Shown piece after piece: positions 47,933 to 57,369 of a stretch of 64,000 nucleotides of DNA; the first letter of the stretch is position 1, and every line of letters begins with the position of its first letter. A model generated the notes under the pieces. It saw nothing but the letters and a program-made list of their open reading frames with translations. It made no database searches and was not told the origin of the DNA. Source of the stretch: a virus (Duplodnaviria; Heunggongvirae; Uroviricota; Caudoviricetes); IMG/VR virus record IMGVR_UViG_3300029887_000004. One strand, 5' to 3'. Made by a program: the position numbers and the translations under genes.

Positions 47933-48130
47933 TCAGAAGAAGCTCTTTGATGTCGGACAACCAAGACATAACATACATTGTGTTAAATCGCACATATGAT
48001 GTGCCTTAATAAAATCCTTATCAGCAGCCTGTTCATCTGTGATTACGGTTCCACATTCGTCCATATTCTGGATCTCGTTTTCTTCATAAACCTTTCCTGA
48101 ATATTTTCCTAACCTTTTCATTTGTCTCAC
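47933..48130 (-). CDS. hypothetical Cys-rich protein
   Basis: 65-aa ORF. Confidence 0.45.
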   Translation of the reverse strand: MRQMKRLGKYSGKVYEENEIQNMDECGTVITDEQAADKDFIKAHHMCDLTQCMLCLGCPTSKSFF

Positions 48131-48137
48131 CTCCTTT

Positions 48138-48614
48138 TTATTTCGTTTTAATTTCGATCTTTTTGTTGATCAGCACCTTACTGTATTCTCTCCCGTCAAT
48201 AATATTCTCTCTTTGAATTTCTGTAACTTTGACTGGTTTTACACCTTTTTTCGTAACACATAATACTGCGTCACCAATCTGCAGATTATTGATGAATTTT
48301 CTCCATCCTTTAACTCTTGGCACTCGCCAAATGTATTCTTTCGTACCAATACCATCGTAATTGATATGAACACCTTTGATCAGCGCACCTGGCTGACCTT
48401 TATATACTGTCCGAATTGTTTTGGCACCATTTCTTTTCATGATAAGATATCGGATATATCCATCTACGAGATAACCATTCTTATCCAAAATAATTGGCTT
48501 GTCTTGATGATTTGTACGAAGCCAATATTTTTCAAATCGTTCCATCTTTTCTTGAGATGGATGAGAATCAAGAAACTGATCTGAAATTTTGATGTCATCA
48601 ATATTCATCTGCAT
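48138..48614 (-). CDS. hypothetical protein, possible ParB/Srx-fold domain
   Basis: ILDKNGYLVDGYIRYLIMKRNG resembles the ParB N-terminal motif; the match is weak. Confidence 0.4.
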   Translation of the reverse strand: MQMNIDDIKISDQFLDSHPSQEKMERFEKYWLRTNHQDKPIILDKNGYLVDGYIRYLIMKRNGAKTIRTVYKGQPGALIKGVHINYDGIGTKEYIWRVPRVKGWRKFINNLQIGDAVLCVTKKGVKPVKVTEIQRENIIDGREYSKVLINKKIEIKTK

Positions 48615-48632
48615 TATTTTATTCTCCTTTCT

Positions 48633-49061
48633 TTACACTGCGTTTCCTTTCCCAACAAGAAAGTTTTCGAAATCTCGTTTCATGAATCTGAAATTAATAC
48701 CCTGATTGGAACTATATTCATCATCTGCATTCTGATATTCTCCAATCCACTGTTCAAATTCCTGATCCTGATTATTCTGCGCTGCATAAACCATCAATGC
48801 AATTAACGCTGTTTTACACTGCTGATAAACATTTGCAGACACTTTTGTATCCTGAAGACACTCGTTGTAAAATTCGATGTCGTCTGGATCTACTTTCTCA
48901 TTTACATGAGTATGTACAAAATCAATATCATTCTGATCAATACGATCATCAACACCAATGATTGCAGATTCTTCACCCTCTGAATTTTCTGATGAGTCTT
49001 TGATACTTTCGCTCTCTGCATCTTCATTTGGTTTATTCTCTTTAATATGTAAAAAATCCAC
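48633..49061 (-). CDS. hypothetical acidic protein
   Basis: 142-aa ORF. Confidence 0.5.
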   Translation of the reverse strand: MDFLHIKENKPNEDAESESIKDSSENSEGEESAIIGVDDRIDQNDIDFVHTHVNEKVDPDDIEFYNECLQDTKVSANVYQQCKTALIALMVYAAQNNQDQEFEQWIGEYQNADDEYSSNQGINFRFMKRDFENFLVGKGNAV

Positions 49062-49080
49062 TAATAAAGTATGTAAATAA

Positions 49081-50136
49081 TCAATCTTCTGCTGAATTAC
49101 TTTTTTTGTCCTTCGTGTGTTTATCCTGTTCTATTTCAATCCAATCAGTATCATTGACTTTGATTTCTTTCATGTCATTAAATGCAATCAGGAATTTTCC
49201 AAAATTTTCTGGTGAAACTCCTTCATCTAAGGCTCTTTTCATAAGAGTCATCCATGCCATAAAATCTTTTGACACAAATAATTCAGCTACTTCTGTATGA
49301 TCGAGTTTATCTGCGTAAGGAATTAACATATTAAAGTATTTGTTCAGTGTATCAAATTCTTCTTCTGTTCCGTTCTCATTAAGATACTTGCAGATATCCC
49401 TTGGCGCCTTTTTCCATTCTTCTAAATGAAACATCGCCATAACGCATTCGATGATCACTCTTTCCCAGATGCCTTTTTTCTTGTCTAACTCATTCAGCAT
49501 CGTACAATCTTTAAGAAAACGATTATTATCTTTAATCCGTTTAATTTTATCCGCAAATGTACCAATGTAAGTAAACGCCTTCTGGCTTACATTCATTGGA
49601 ATAGTAGAGTTATATAACATGACAAGATCGCAGGTATCTTCTGGAGTACATTCCTGATAAATTGCAGCAGACAACTGACATGATCTCATTCTCTTTTTCA
49701 GTTCTGGTGGGAAATCATTATAAGTTTTATTAACCAGATCAAATGTTTTGATTTCTTTGATCAGTTTTCCATTTTCATCTCTCATAGGTTTTCCATTTTT
49801 ATCCAGTTTGTTTCCTTGATAAGTCACATATCTATTCCGGATTGATTTAGAGATCTTATGCCCATCAAACACAAAACGTCTGAGCGCTTCTGTTCTCTGA
49901 CCACCATCCACTACGTATGTAGTAGTAAGCCCATCTTCTCTTTTTTCTTCTGCAAGAATAATGTTGGGAATGTAAATCCGTTTTGGAGATACAGTACTAT
50001 AAATCAAATTATTGATCATTTCATTTGACCAACAAAACGCTCTCTGGACTGCCTGATCAACAGTAATAACTTCCTCATCAATACTATCAACATAAGCTCC
50101 TACGCCCATCTGTTCGATTCTGTATTCATCTAACAT
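49081..50136 (-). CDS. DUF262 (ParB-like nuclease superfamily, DGQQR motif) protein
   Basis: VVDGGQRTEAL, the motif found in GmrSD/DndB-type N-terminal domains. Confidence 0.5.
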   Translation of the reverse strand: MLDEYRIEQMGVGAYVDSIDEEVITVDQAVQRAFCWSNEMINNLIYSTVSPKRIYIPNIILAEEKREDGLTTTYVVDGGQRTEALRRFVFDGHKISKSIRNRYVTYQGNKLDKNGKPMRDENGKLIKEIKTFDLVNKTYNDFPPELKKRMRSCQLSAAIYQECTPEDTCDLVMLYNSTIPMNVSQKAFTYIGTFADKIKRIKDNNRFLKDCTMLNELDKKKGIWERVIIECVMAMFHLEEWKKAPRDICKYLNENGTEEEFDTLNKYFNMLIPYADKLDHTEVAELFVSKDFMAWMTLMKRALDEGVSPENFGKFLIAFNDMKEIKVNDTDWIEIEQDKHTKDKKSNSAED

Positions 50137-50846
50137 TAATAATCCCTCCTAAGTATTCTTGTATTTGAGTTGTTCCGGATAGCTTTTAAGCTATCGTTAT
50201 AGAGTGACTTAGAAATATGTAAATTTTGAAGAATTTCTTCTTCATTAAATCCATCTGCAAGCATATGTAAAATTACACTCTGTACTCGTGATAATTTACT
50301 TGTATATTCTCTCATTAATGAAGACATTTCTTGATCATTTTGAAAGACGACATCTTCCACGGTTTTCCCAGATACAAATGTCTCCCAGAGCTGCATTCCA
50401 TCTTCGTCAATTTGAGAATAAATGGAAATATCAAATACAGGTTTCTCTTTAGGATTACCATCTTTATCGAATTTCTGCTTTCCAGTCTCTTCGTCAATAT
50501 CTGGAACAAAAACACAGCGTTTTTTACGTTCGATATCTCTTGTATATGTCCAATATTTTCTCCAAATATTTCCATATAAATACGTTTTAAAAGTGCATTT
50601 GACATCCGAATTGTATTTAAGTAAACTCGACAGAAAAACTTCTACTGCTAAACTTTCAAGTTCTGCATCATGAAGTGTCGGTAAATCTTGAGATGACTTT
50701 TTCTTTTTGTAAATCAAAGTTTTGCAGATTTTTTTAAGCTCGCGCATGTCGTTGTCTAAATACGTTTGCTGGATCTCATCTGCTTCTTCTGGTGTAAGAA
50801 ATTCTAATTTTTCTCTTTGAGTCTCTGTCAAATATTTGTATCTCAT
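50136..50846 (-). CDS. sigma-70-family sigma factor (regions 2 and 4)
   Basis: C-terminal HTH SVILHMLADGFNEEEILQNLHISKSLYNDSLKAIR matches sigma region 4. Confidence 0.6.
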   Translation of the reverse strand: MRYKYLTETQREKLEFLTPEEADEIQQTYLDNDMRELKKICKTLIYKKKKSSQDLPTLHDAELESLAVEVFLSSLLKYNSDVKCTFKTYLYGNIWRKYWTYTRDIERKKRCVFVPDIDEETGKQKFDKDGNPKEKPVFDISIYSQIDEDGMQLWETFVSGKTVEDVVFQNDQEMSSLMREYTSKLSRVQSVILHMLADGFNEEEILQNLHISKSLYNDSLKAIRNNSNTRILRRDY

Positions 50847-50857
50847 TTTTGCTCACC

Positions 50858-51541
50858 CTACCCTTCCAATATTTTCATCGCTTCGTCAAATTTTGCAGTT
50901 CTTGGTTTATAGTTTTCATATTCTCCATTGCCAGTTTTATTTAATTCAGTTTGCAGTTTTCCAAGAGAGTAATGGTACGTCAATGCATTTTTCATTGCCT
51001 GAAGTTTATAGATACATGCTTTCACATGTGCTCGATCAATAAGAATCCGTAAGAACAGATATCCGATTTTAGCAATTCTATGTGCTTGTGGTAATTTTCC
51101 ATCATGTTTATATGTATAAATAACGAGTGCATGTTTAATATCACTCTCTTCTGAATCAAGCTTAGACAAATATGTACTAAGAGATTCCAACATGTTGCTC
51201 AATTCAGATTCATCCCATGCAGCCAAACTTAAAAACTTTGTACACTCATCTTCAATCTGATCGAGTAAGTTCAGATCAACTACAATGTCATTTTCATTTA
51301 AAAATACACCTCCATTCCCTTTTGCTTTAGGAGAAACTGTTGGCTTGTTTCCATCCTCTCCAACCATGGAATATCCATTCCGAATCCAACCTAGTTTTTT
51401 GCTACGTGCATTCAACAGATTTTTAGCCTGTTTGAATGTAAACTGTTTTGCATTGGATGATTTTGTGGATTCCATGTACTCGCCAGGACGTATTGGATTT
51501 TCAATCACCCAATATTTTCCATTTGTGATAATGTAGTACAT
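50858..51541 (-). CDS. hypothetical protein
   Basis: 227-aa ORF. Confidence 0.55.
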   Translation of the reverse strand: MYYIITNGKYWVIENPIRPGEYMESTKSSNAKQFTFKQAKNLLNARSKKLGWIRNGYSMVGEDGNKPTVSPKAKGNGGVFLNENDIVVDLNLLDQIEDECTKFLSLAAWDESELSNMLESLSTYLSKLDSEESDIKHALVIYTYKHDGKLPQAHRIAKIGYLFLRILIDRAHVKACIYKLQAMKNALTYHYSLGKLQTELNKTGNGEYENYKPRTAKFDEAMKILEG

Positions 51542-51697
51542 TTTCTGATCACTCCTTCTTTATTTAATTTTAAAAATAGGTAAACTTAATATAGGTTCTT
51601 ATCGTTCATCAAATGAATAAGTACCTTTACGTATTGGTTATTCTCCTATTCTGTTTGTGTAAAATTGTGAAATAATAGCGAACTGCTCAAGATAGAC

Positions 51698-51726
51698 TTG
51701 CAGAATTGCAAATTAATATGTATAAT
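51698..51726 (+). promoter_or_regulatory. sigma-70 promoter TTGCAG -17- TATAAT on the plus strand
   Basis: acTTGCAGaattgcaaattaatatgTATAATgatc. Confidence 0.5.
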
Positions 51727-51732
51727 GATCTT

Positions 51733-51877
51733 AAGCAGGACATTGCTATTATTCGTTTAAGATGCTCCAACACCTTAAACACATATGAATATTGCTTGTT
51801 TTGCTTGTTATGTATAGGAAGGGATTCATACCGTATGCGCTCCAACGCAGGTATGGCTCCCTTCTTTTATTTTTGTT
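51733..51877 (+). ncRNA. candidate small RNA (~145 nt) between a consensus promoter and a strong intrinsic terminator
   Basis: Terminator GGAAGGGAttcATACCgtatgcgctccaacgcagGGTATggcTCCCTTC followed by TTTTATTTTTGTT. Internal stem ATCTTAA/TTAAGAT. No ORF longer than 8 codons in the 5' half of the transcript. Confidence 0.45.
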
Positions 51878-52018
51878 CGACAAAATTATAATACATCGAA
51901 CTAATGTTCTTGTCAATATATTTTCGAACATTTGTTTGTGTTGTTATAATTTTATCTTTCCTTATATTTCCATTTTATACCTCTTAACTTGCATATTCTA
52001 GCGGTAAATATTTCCATT

Positions 52019-52321
52019 TTATTCTTTTAAATGTGGTAAAATAATGTCATGCATAATACCTTCTCGATTGATGTGTTCGATATCTTGTATCGTAGAATAT
52101 AATTGCATATGTTCGATGATTTCATCTCTGTTAAGGAAAATAGTTTTTGCTTTTTTAATTAATTTACATCCTTCAGCAGGTGTAGTTATTTTTTTACTTT
52201 CTTCATTTTGATCATAATCAATTGTATAAATAAGAATTTTGTACTTCTTATTCTTTTTTTCAAGTTCTTTCATTTTCTGCATCGCTTGGTTATAATCAGA
52301 GTATTCATATGCTTCTATCAT
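52019..52321 (-). CDS. hypothetical protein
   Basis: 100-aa ORF immediately downstream of the MazF-like gene. Confidence 0.5.
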   Translation of the reverse strand: MIEAYEYSDYNQAMQKMKELEKKNKKYKILIYTIDYDQNEESKKITTPAEGCKLIKKAKTIFLNRDEIIEHMQLYSTIQDIEHINREGIMHDIILPHLKE

Positions 52322-52325
52322 CTTG

Positions 52326-52697
52326 TCATTCCTCCATTAATAATGTCTGCAAACTAATCTGCATTGCTCTGTTCACTTCTTTTTGCTTTTTGGGACTAAT
52401 CTCTCCGATCTTATCCAACAATCTAGCTTTATCTATTGTTTTAATTTGTTCACATGTTACTAACGAATCGGAACTTAATCCATTCAACGCATCTTTTTCC
52501 AAAATGACATGAGTAGGAAGATTGGGCTTCCTTTTTGATGTGATTGTCACGACTATGGTTGTTGGAGAATGTTTATTCCCAATGTTATTTTGGACAACAA
52601 GTGCTGGGCGTTTTCCGCCTTGTTCAGATCCTTTCGTTTTCCCGAAATCTACCCAATAGATTTCACCACGTTTAATTTCGCCACAATGTACATCCAT
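52326..52697 (-). CDS. MazF/PemK-family endoribonuclease toxin
   Basis: RGEIYWVDFGKTKGSEQGGKRPALVVQNN...PTTIVVTITS is the classic PemK/MazF signature. RBS GGAGGAA. Confidence 0.75.
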   Translation of the reverse strand: MDVHCGEIKRGEIYWVDFGKTKGSEQGGKRPALVVQNNIGNKHSPTTIVVTITSKRKPNLPTHVILEKDALNGLSSDSLVTCEQIKTIDKARLLDKIGEISPKKQKEVNRAMQISLQTLLMEE

Positions 52698-52740
52698 ACC
52701 CGGTTCCTCCTTTCTCTCTTGTTTTTCTTACGTTGAACTC

Positions 52741-52769
52741 ATTATATCAACATATCTTTAATATGTCAA
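52741..52769 (-). promoter_or_regulatory. consensus sigma-70 promoter (TTGACA -17- TATAAT) for the MazF-like gene
   Basis: Minus-strand reading TTGACAtattaaagatatgttgaTATAAT. Confidence 0.55.
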
Positions 52770-52894
52770 TACTTATTATAAATATATCTTTATTATTTTC
52801 GCTATTATATCACAATTTATCTTTATTTATATAAACATGTCTTTATGGATTTTCTTATTCAATTATGTTATAATCATTGACACGGAGGTGCAAT

Positions 52895-53224
52895 ATGATT
52901 AAATTAGATATTCAACATTTAATATTGAGCAAATATAAAAACCAAGCTGCATTCGCAGAAGCTACTGATCTCTCTTTGCCATCAGTATCAAAAATTTGTT
53001 CTGGTAATATGGCAAGCATTCGCTTTGAAACTCTTGAAAAAATTTGTGAAGCATTAGAATGCACCCCGAACGATCTACTTACTTCCGATAAAAACGAATG
53101 GGATACAAAAATTCCATCACATGTTACAGAATATATCGATCGAATGGAACATATCTCGCAAGAAATTCAGGATGCGAATTTCCGTTATAGAGCTGCAGCA
53201 TATCATAAAGAAAGCGATGACTAA
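52895..53224 (+). CDS. XRE-family HTH transcriptional regulator (Cro/CI-like), divergent from MazF-like gene
   Basis: HTH QAAFAEATDLSLPSVSKICSGN. Preferred start is the ATG at 52895 with RBS ACGGAGGTG, rather than the track's TTG at 52877. An extended -10 TGtTATAAT lies at 52866-52874. Confidence 0.7.
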   Translation: MIKLDIQHLILSKYKNQAAFAEATDLSLPSVSKICSGNMASIRFETLEKICEALECTPNDLLTSDKNEWDTKIPSHVTEYIDRMEHISQEIQDANFRYRAAAYHKESDD

Positions 53225-53240
53225 ACCAGCCATCGCTTTC

Positions 53241-53435
53241 TTACTGCTCATATTCAGATCCGCTCAAATCCATTCGAAAATTGATTTCTTGTATACACCA
53301 CCAATACAGTCTTTCTGCATCCTCATTATCTTTTCGATCTCGATCTGTGAAAATCATTAATTCTATTACATTCTCTTCTGACATATTTCTTAGATCTGCA
53401 GGTGTTACTGTATAGTCCAAATATTTTGGAATCAT
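53241..53435 (-). CDS. hypothetical protein
   Basis: 64-aa ORF. Confidence 0.4.
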   Translation of the reverse strand: MIPKYLDYTVTPADLRNMSEENVIELMIFTDRDRKDNEDAERLYWWCIQEINFRMDLSGSEYEQ

Positions 53436-53626
53436 TTTTCATTCAAACCGTTCCGTTTTAAGATTTCTGTTACTTGAGATACAGGAATACAAAATCTTCT
53501 GGATACAGCTTTCTTATCTTTGTATTTCTCGAAATCTTTTAAAATATCTTTATCTGTCCACTCTAACTGAATAGGAGCATTCATATGGTTTTCCATTGTT
53601 CTCTCCTTTTGAAATGTCTGATTCAT
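53432..53626 (-). CDS. small HTH-containing protein
   Basis: CIPVSQVTEILKRNG looks like an HTH. Confidence 0.4.
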   Translation of the reverse strand: MNQTFQKERTMENHMNAPIQLEWTDKDILKDFEKYKDKKAVSRRFCIPVSQVTEILKRNGLNEK

Positions 53627-53892
53627 TAATTGAAAACAAATTGAAAATCTTTATCGTTTATTTCACATGTCATGAGTTCTTTGTTGTTGTCAAGAATATC
53701 TACAACAGCACTTTCATATCTTGAATAAGCTGCTGTACATTCATATTCTTTACCTTCTGTAAAATGTTCATCGGTTTTTCTACAAATAGCCTTATTGTTC
53801 ATCTTATCCCTCCGTTTAAAACCATTCCAACATAGTCTTTAAATTCTCCAAAGCTCATTGTAATTGCTTTTACATTTTTCATATCGATCACT

Positions 53893-54426
53893 TTACCTTT
53901 CTAAATATTTTGTTGGTACTTCTTTAGTTAACCAAACATTATTCACAGACAAATAAAATTTATATCCATCTCTATGCATCTGACCAGATGCCACCTGATA
54001 CACAATTTCTTTTCCGTGTCTTTGTCCGACTTTTTCTGCAGTATCAACGTCACTTGAAAGATGAACATATAACCGGCTTTTTGGAATTAACCCAATCTGA
54101 TCGATTGACACTACGTATTTTTCGCCAGTTCCATGATATAAAAATTCTGGTGGCTGTTTCTCTTCTAATTCTACATCTACAGGAATCGAATGTCCTTGGT
54201 TGCATCTGATCAGTGTTTTATCTTCATTAAAAGAGTATCTTCCCTTCGAATCTGTTTCTACTATCTCGTACAGATGATCCAGATCGAATCCAGGATTGTC
54301 TTTCCTAATCCCGTCAATCAGTTCGACGACATTAGCCCACCCATGTTCATCCAAAGTAATGCCAATTGCTTCTGGTTTATGTCTGAGAATTAAACACATG
54401 TATTTACTAATATTTTCTAAGTTCAT
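53893..54426 (-). CDS. kptA: RNA 2'-phosphotransferase Tpt1/KptA
   Basis: ISKYMCLILRHKPEAIGITLDEHGW...HGTGEKYVVSIDQIGLIPKSRLYVHL is the KptA/Tpt1 family signature. Confidence 0.75.
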   Translation of the reverse strand: MNLENISKYMCLILRHKPEAIGITLDEHGWANVVELIDGIRKDNPGFDLDHLYEIVETDSKGRYSFNEDKTLIRCNQGHSIPVDVELEEKQPPEFLYHGTGEKYVVSIDQIGLIPKSRLYVHLSSDVDTAEKVGQRHGKEIVYQVASGQMHRDGYKFYLSVNNVWLTKEVPTKYLER

Positions 54427-54440
54427 GCTTTTACTTCCTT

Positions 54441-54695
54441 TTATTTAATTTTATTTTTCAGATGCCAAACAAAATCTTTTGAATCAAGTAATGAACCTTC
54501 AAACAATTTTTCACCTTCAGCTTCATAAATTCTCAACGATCCATCAAAACCAACCACAACATATTTTCCGTTATATTTTTCCATGTCAATCAGTTTCCAT
54601 TCAAGTGCTTGATACTGAGTTCCATCTTCCATCACATCTGCATATCCATCATATGTAAATAACGGAATGTCAAACATATAAATTATATTATCCAT
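54441..54695 (-). CDS. hypothetical protein
   Basis: 84-aa ORF. Confidence 0.45.
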   Translation of the reverse strand: MDNIIYMFDIPLFTYDGYADVMEDGTQYQALEWKLIDMEKYNGKYVVVGFDGSLRIYEAEGEKLFEGSLLDSKDFVWHLKNKIK

Positions 54696-54730
54696 ATTTT
54701 GTTTCTTCCTTTTGTTGTCTATATTAATTA

Positions 54731-54982
54731 TTATACGGTTTCTATATTTATTACTTCTAATAAATTATCTTCCATCCATTCGCAAATATCTTGTACTACT
54801 GCATAAGTATCTTCGTATCCATAGGAGGCATTGCTCCAGGTATAACAATCATTATATTCGTCAAACCAGATTTCTACAGATTCTCCATTTGACAAATCAA
54901 GCCTAATGGAAATTTTATCTTCTTGTTCTTCTGCATATCCCATTTCTTCGACAACATATTTGTTAATATCTGCTTCAGTCAC
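54731..54982 (-). CDS. hypothetical acidic protein
   Basis: 83-aa ORF. Confidence 0.45.
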   Translation of the reverse strand: MTEADINKYVVEEMGYAEEQEDKISIRLDLSNGESVEIWFDEYNDCYTWSNASYGYEDTYAVVQDICEWMEDNLLEVINIETV

Positions 54983-55039
54983 AACATTTCACCTGCCTTC
55001 TGAAAACAATCTTTCATCATCTCTCTATAATTGCAAAGA

Positions 55040-55249
55040 TTAGCCAAACATTTTTAATTCTGGCATATGCTTTTGAATAGCGTTACTTCCAATATTTTCC
55101 CAATCAATTTTATTTTCTGGATTAAATAAAATTTCTCTTAATACAGAAGCTCCTCCTTGGTCATTCATTTTATCTAAAATCTCCACAGCTATAATATTTT
55201 TCACCTCTGATTCTCTCATAATCTGCACCTCCTTAGTGAAGTCTTTCAT
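55040..55249 (-). CDS. hypothetical protein
   Basis: 69-aa ORF. Confidence 0.4.
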   Translation of the reverse strand: MKDFTKEVQIMRESEVKNIIAVEILDKMNDQGGASVLREILFNPENKIDWENIGSNAIQKHMPELKMFG

Positions 55250-55543
55250 CTACTCTCTAATTGTTTTATAATAACTTCCGAACCAGACATGTACAGGAGG
55301 ATTTTTCGCCCATGGCATTAAAGAACCACTTACCATTTCCCTAACCTGACCAGAATCATTCCATCCATTTGATTCCATTTCTTTTTTATGTTCCATTCTT
55401 TCTTCTTCTGAGTCGTAATAATACTGTTCTATAAGCTCTGTGTACTTATCTACGCAGTTATCTCCATCCCACACAAATTTTGTTGTATTATCTTTCATTT
55501 TAATTCTTTTCATATAATCATCCCACTTTTCCATTGAAAGCAA
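55250..55543 (-). CDS. hypothetical protein
   Basis: 97-aa ORF. Confidence 0.45.
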   Translation of the reverse strand: MLSMEKWDDYMKRIKMKDNTTKFVWDGDNCVDKYTELIEQYYYDSEEERMEHKKEMESNGWNDSGQVREMVSGSLMPWAKNPPVHVWFGSYYKTIRE

Positions 55544-55550
55544 TCATTAA

Positions 55551-55838
55551 TTAATTCCAATTATTGCAATAGAAATCATCATCTACAACTTTTCCATTCT
55601 GCTCCATACAATGAAGAGTATCTCCATCGAGATCCCCTTCTTCTGGAAAACTATTACTGCAAGATAAACAATCTCTTATCACAGATAAATTTTCAAATTG
55701 ACCACAAGCCACAAAATTTCCGTCAAGACCTAATTGTTTATTAACACTTGCAAATTCACAATCATCTTTGAAATATTTACAATCCTTACATTTATTCACG
55801 TAAACATCTCCATTCTTCCATTTAAGACAATCTTTCAT
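55551..55838 (-). CDS. hypothetical Cys-rich protein
   Basis: 95-aa ORF with multiple CxxC pairs. Confidence 0.45.
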   Translation of the reverse strand: MKDCLKWKNGDVYVNKCKDCKYFKDDCEFASVNKQLGLDGNFVACGQFENLSVIRDCLSCSNSFPEEGDLDGDTLHCMEQNGKVVDDDFYCNNWN

Positions 55839-55841
55839 TGC

Positions 55842-56120
55842 TCACATATTCTCAACACATTTCATAAATGTTTTAGTTTCCATATCAAATGGATTGCAAT
55901 CATAGTAAAAAAGACATTTTGTAAAGTTCTCTGTACACTGTAATATAAGCGTATCAATATCTGTTGTATTTGAGTCAAATAATTCAATGTCAGCTCCAAA
56001 TACTTTACAAATATGTTCTTTCTTATTTTCGTCCTCTGTTATAACCAGCTCCCAGAATTTTCCTTCTGGATAAGTATTTAAAATAAATCCTTTTCTTTTT
56101 AACAAGTCATTATAATTCAA
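55842..56120 (-). CDS. hypothetical protein
   Basis: 92-aa ORF. Confidence 0.45.
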   Translation of the reverse strand: MNYNDLLKRKGFILNTYPEGKFWELVITEDENKKEHICKVFGADIELFDSNTTDIDTLILQCTENFTKCLFYYDCNPFDMETKTFMKCVENM

Positions 56121-56134
56121 ATTTTCACCTCTAT

Positions 56135-56380
56135 TTAAAAAACGTCTGGCACATTTAAATATTTTTCTACTACTTCATTATCAAAGAAACATTCATGTTC
56201 CATATCATCATTAGAATAAATTGTCACACCAAATGTTTCTTGAATAAAACAATACCAAAAACCTTTTCTGAAAAGATAATTTTCTCCATCATTAGAATAT
56301 TTATCCTGTTTCATTTGAGTCATATGTTTTTTCAATTCATTTCTTAATATTTCAATATCTGTAATATTATCTAAGTCCAT
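56135..56380 (-). CDS. hypothetical protein
   Basis: 81-aa ORF. Confidence 0.45.
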   Translation of the reverse strand: MDLDNITDIEILRNELKKHMTQMKQDKYSNDGENYLFRKGFWYCFIQETFGVTIYSNDDMEHECFFDNEVVEKYLNVPDVF

Positions 56381-56421
56381 TTGTTCACCTCATCACCTAA
56401 CGAAAGCAATTTTTCATTATG

Positions 56422-57000
56422 TCACATTGCAGCAACTTCTTCATAAAACGAGGAAAAACTATTCTTATATTTTTCTTTAAAATCTTCTTTAAATGTTTTG
56501 TCAACAAATTCCATCATCTGATTTTTATCCGCCCTAAATATAGCGTTAAATATAGGATACAGTTCTAACCAGTCAGTCATTAAAGCATAGTATTCACCAT
56601 TTCTTTCAAAGGCGCATTTATATCCTACTTTATTGAACAATGTCAGAATAGAATTTGCAGATAAGCTTTGACTAAAATTTTCTTTGATCCAACTTAAATC
56701 TTTTTGTTGTTCTTTTACTCGATTGCATTTTATTTTTAACTGATTTATCAGTTCAACACTTCCTTCTTCAACAAATTTTAAACAATCTTCATTCCACCAA
56801 GAAGAACTACCACCCGTTTCCATATCCATAATTGAGTATCCACCGTAACAAGTTCCGTCACCATATTTTTCTCCATATGAATACTCTATTACATACAACT
56901 TTCCTATATCATTTCGTGATTCATTTAAACTACCATGCCAATAAGTATCAATTTTTCTAACAATATTACCTGACTTAAAACTCATACGATCATCTCCCAT
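56422..57000 (-). CDS. hypothetical protein
   Basis: 192-aa ORF. Confidence 0.5.
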   Translation of the reverse strand: MGDDRMSFKSGNIVRKIDTYWHGSLNESRNDIGKLYVIEYSYGEKYGDGTCYGGYSIMDMETGGSSSWWNEDCLKFVEEGSVELINQLKIKCNRVKEQQKDLSWIKENFSQSLSANSILTLFNKVGYKCAFERNGEYYALMTDWLELYPIFNAIFRADKNQMMEFVDKTFKEDFKEKYKNSFSSFYEEVAAM

Positions 57001-57015
57001 TTTCTCTTGAAATCG

Positions 57016-57369
57016 TCATTTCTTCTGCTCGTCAATTAAATCCAATACTTCGCATAAAGCCTTATATCTGCCTTCTTCTAAGTCATTCATATTGCGATTT
57101 TTTGTTTCATTTTCTAAATCCTCAATAAGCTGCTCGATTTTAATTCTTAATTCGTCCACTGTTATACCTCCAATTCTCTTTCTAATCTCTTCGTTACTTG
57201 AACACTTCTGCAACTGATTTATTGAAACATGTCGCTGTTCAATATAACCATCTTCCATTTCAAAATCAACATCTGCTTCCTCGTTTGGATTTTCCCATGC
57301 ATAATCTACAAATATTCCAAACAATTTTAAATTTTTGTGAAACACTTTATCACCTTTTTTAAATTTCAT
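57016..57369 (-). CDS. hypothetical protein, tandem paralog (shared C-terminal motif RIKIEQLIEDxENxxxNRNMNDLExGxY...LDLxDE)
   Basis: Shares a ~45-aa C-terminal domain with the gene at 57370..57678. Confidence 0.5.
   Translation of the reverse strand: MKFKKGDKVFHKNLKLFGIFVDYAWENPNEEADVDFEMEDGYIEQRHVSINQLQKCSSNEEIRKRIGGITVDELRIKIEQLIEDLENETKNRNMNDLEEGRYKALCEVLDLIDEQKK

Noticed and set aside
50315-50605. 96-aa minus-strand ORF inside the sigma-factor gene, plus plus-strand ORFs 50331..50673
   Set aside because: Overlapping alternative frames of a gene with recognisable sigma region 4.
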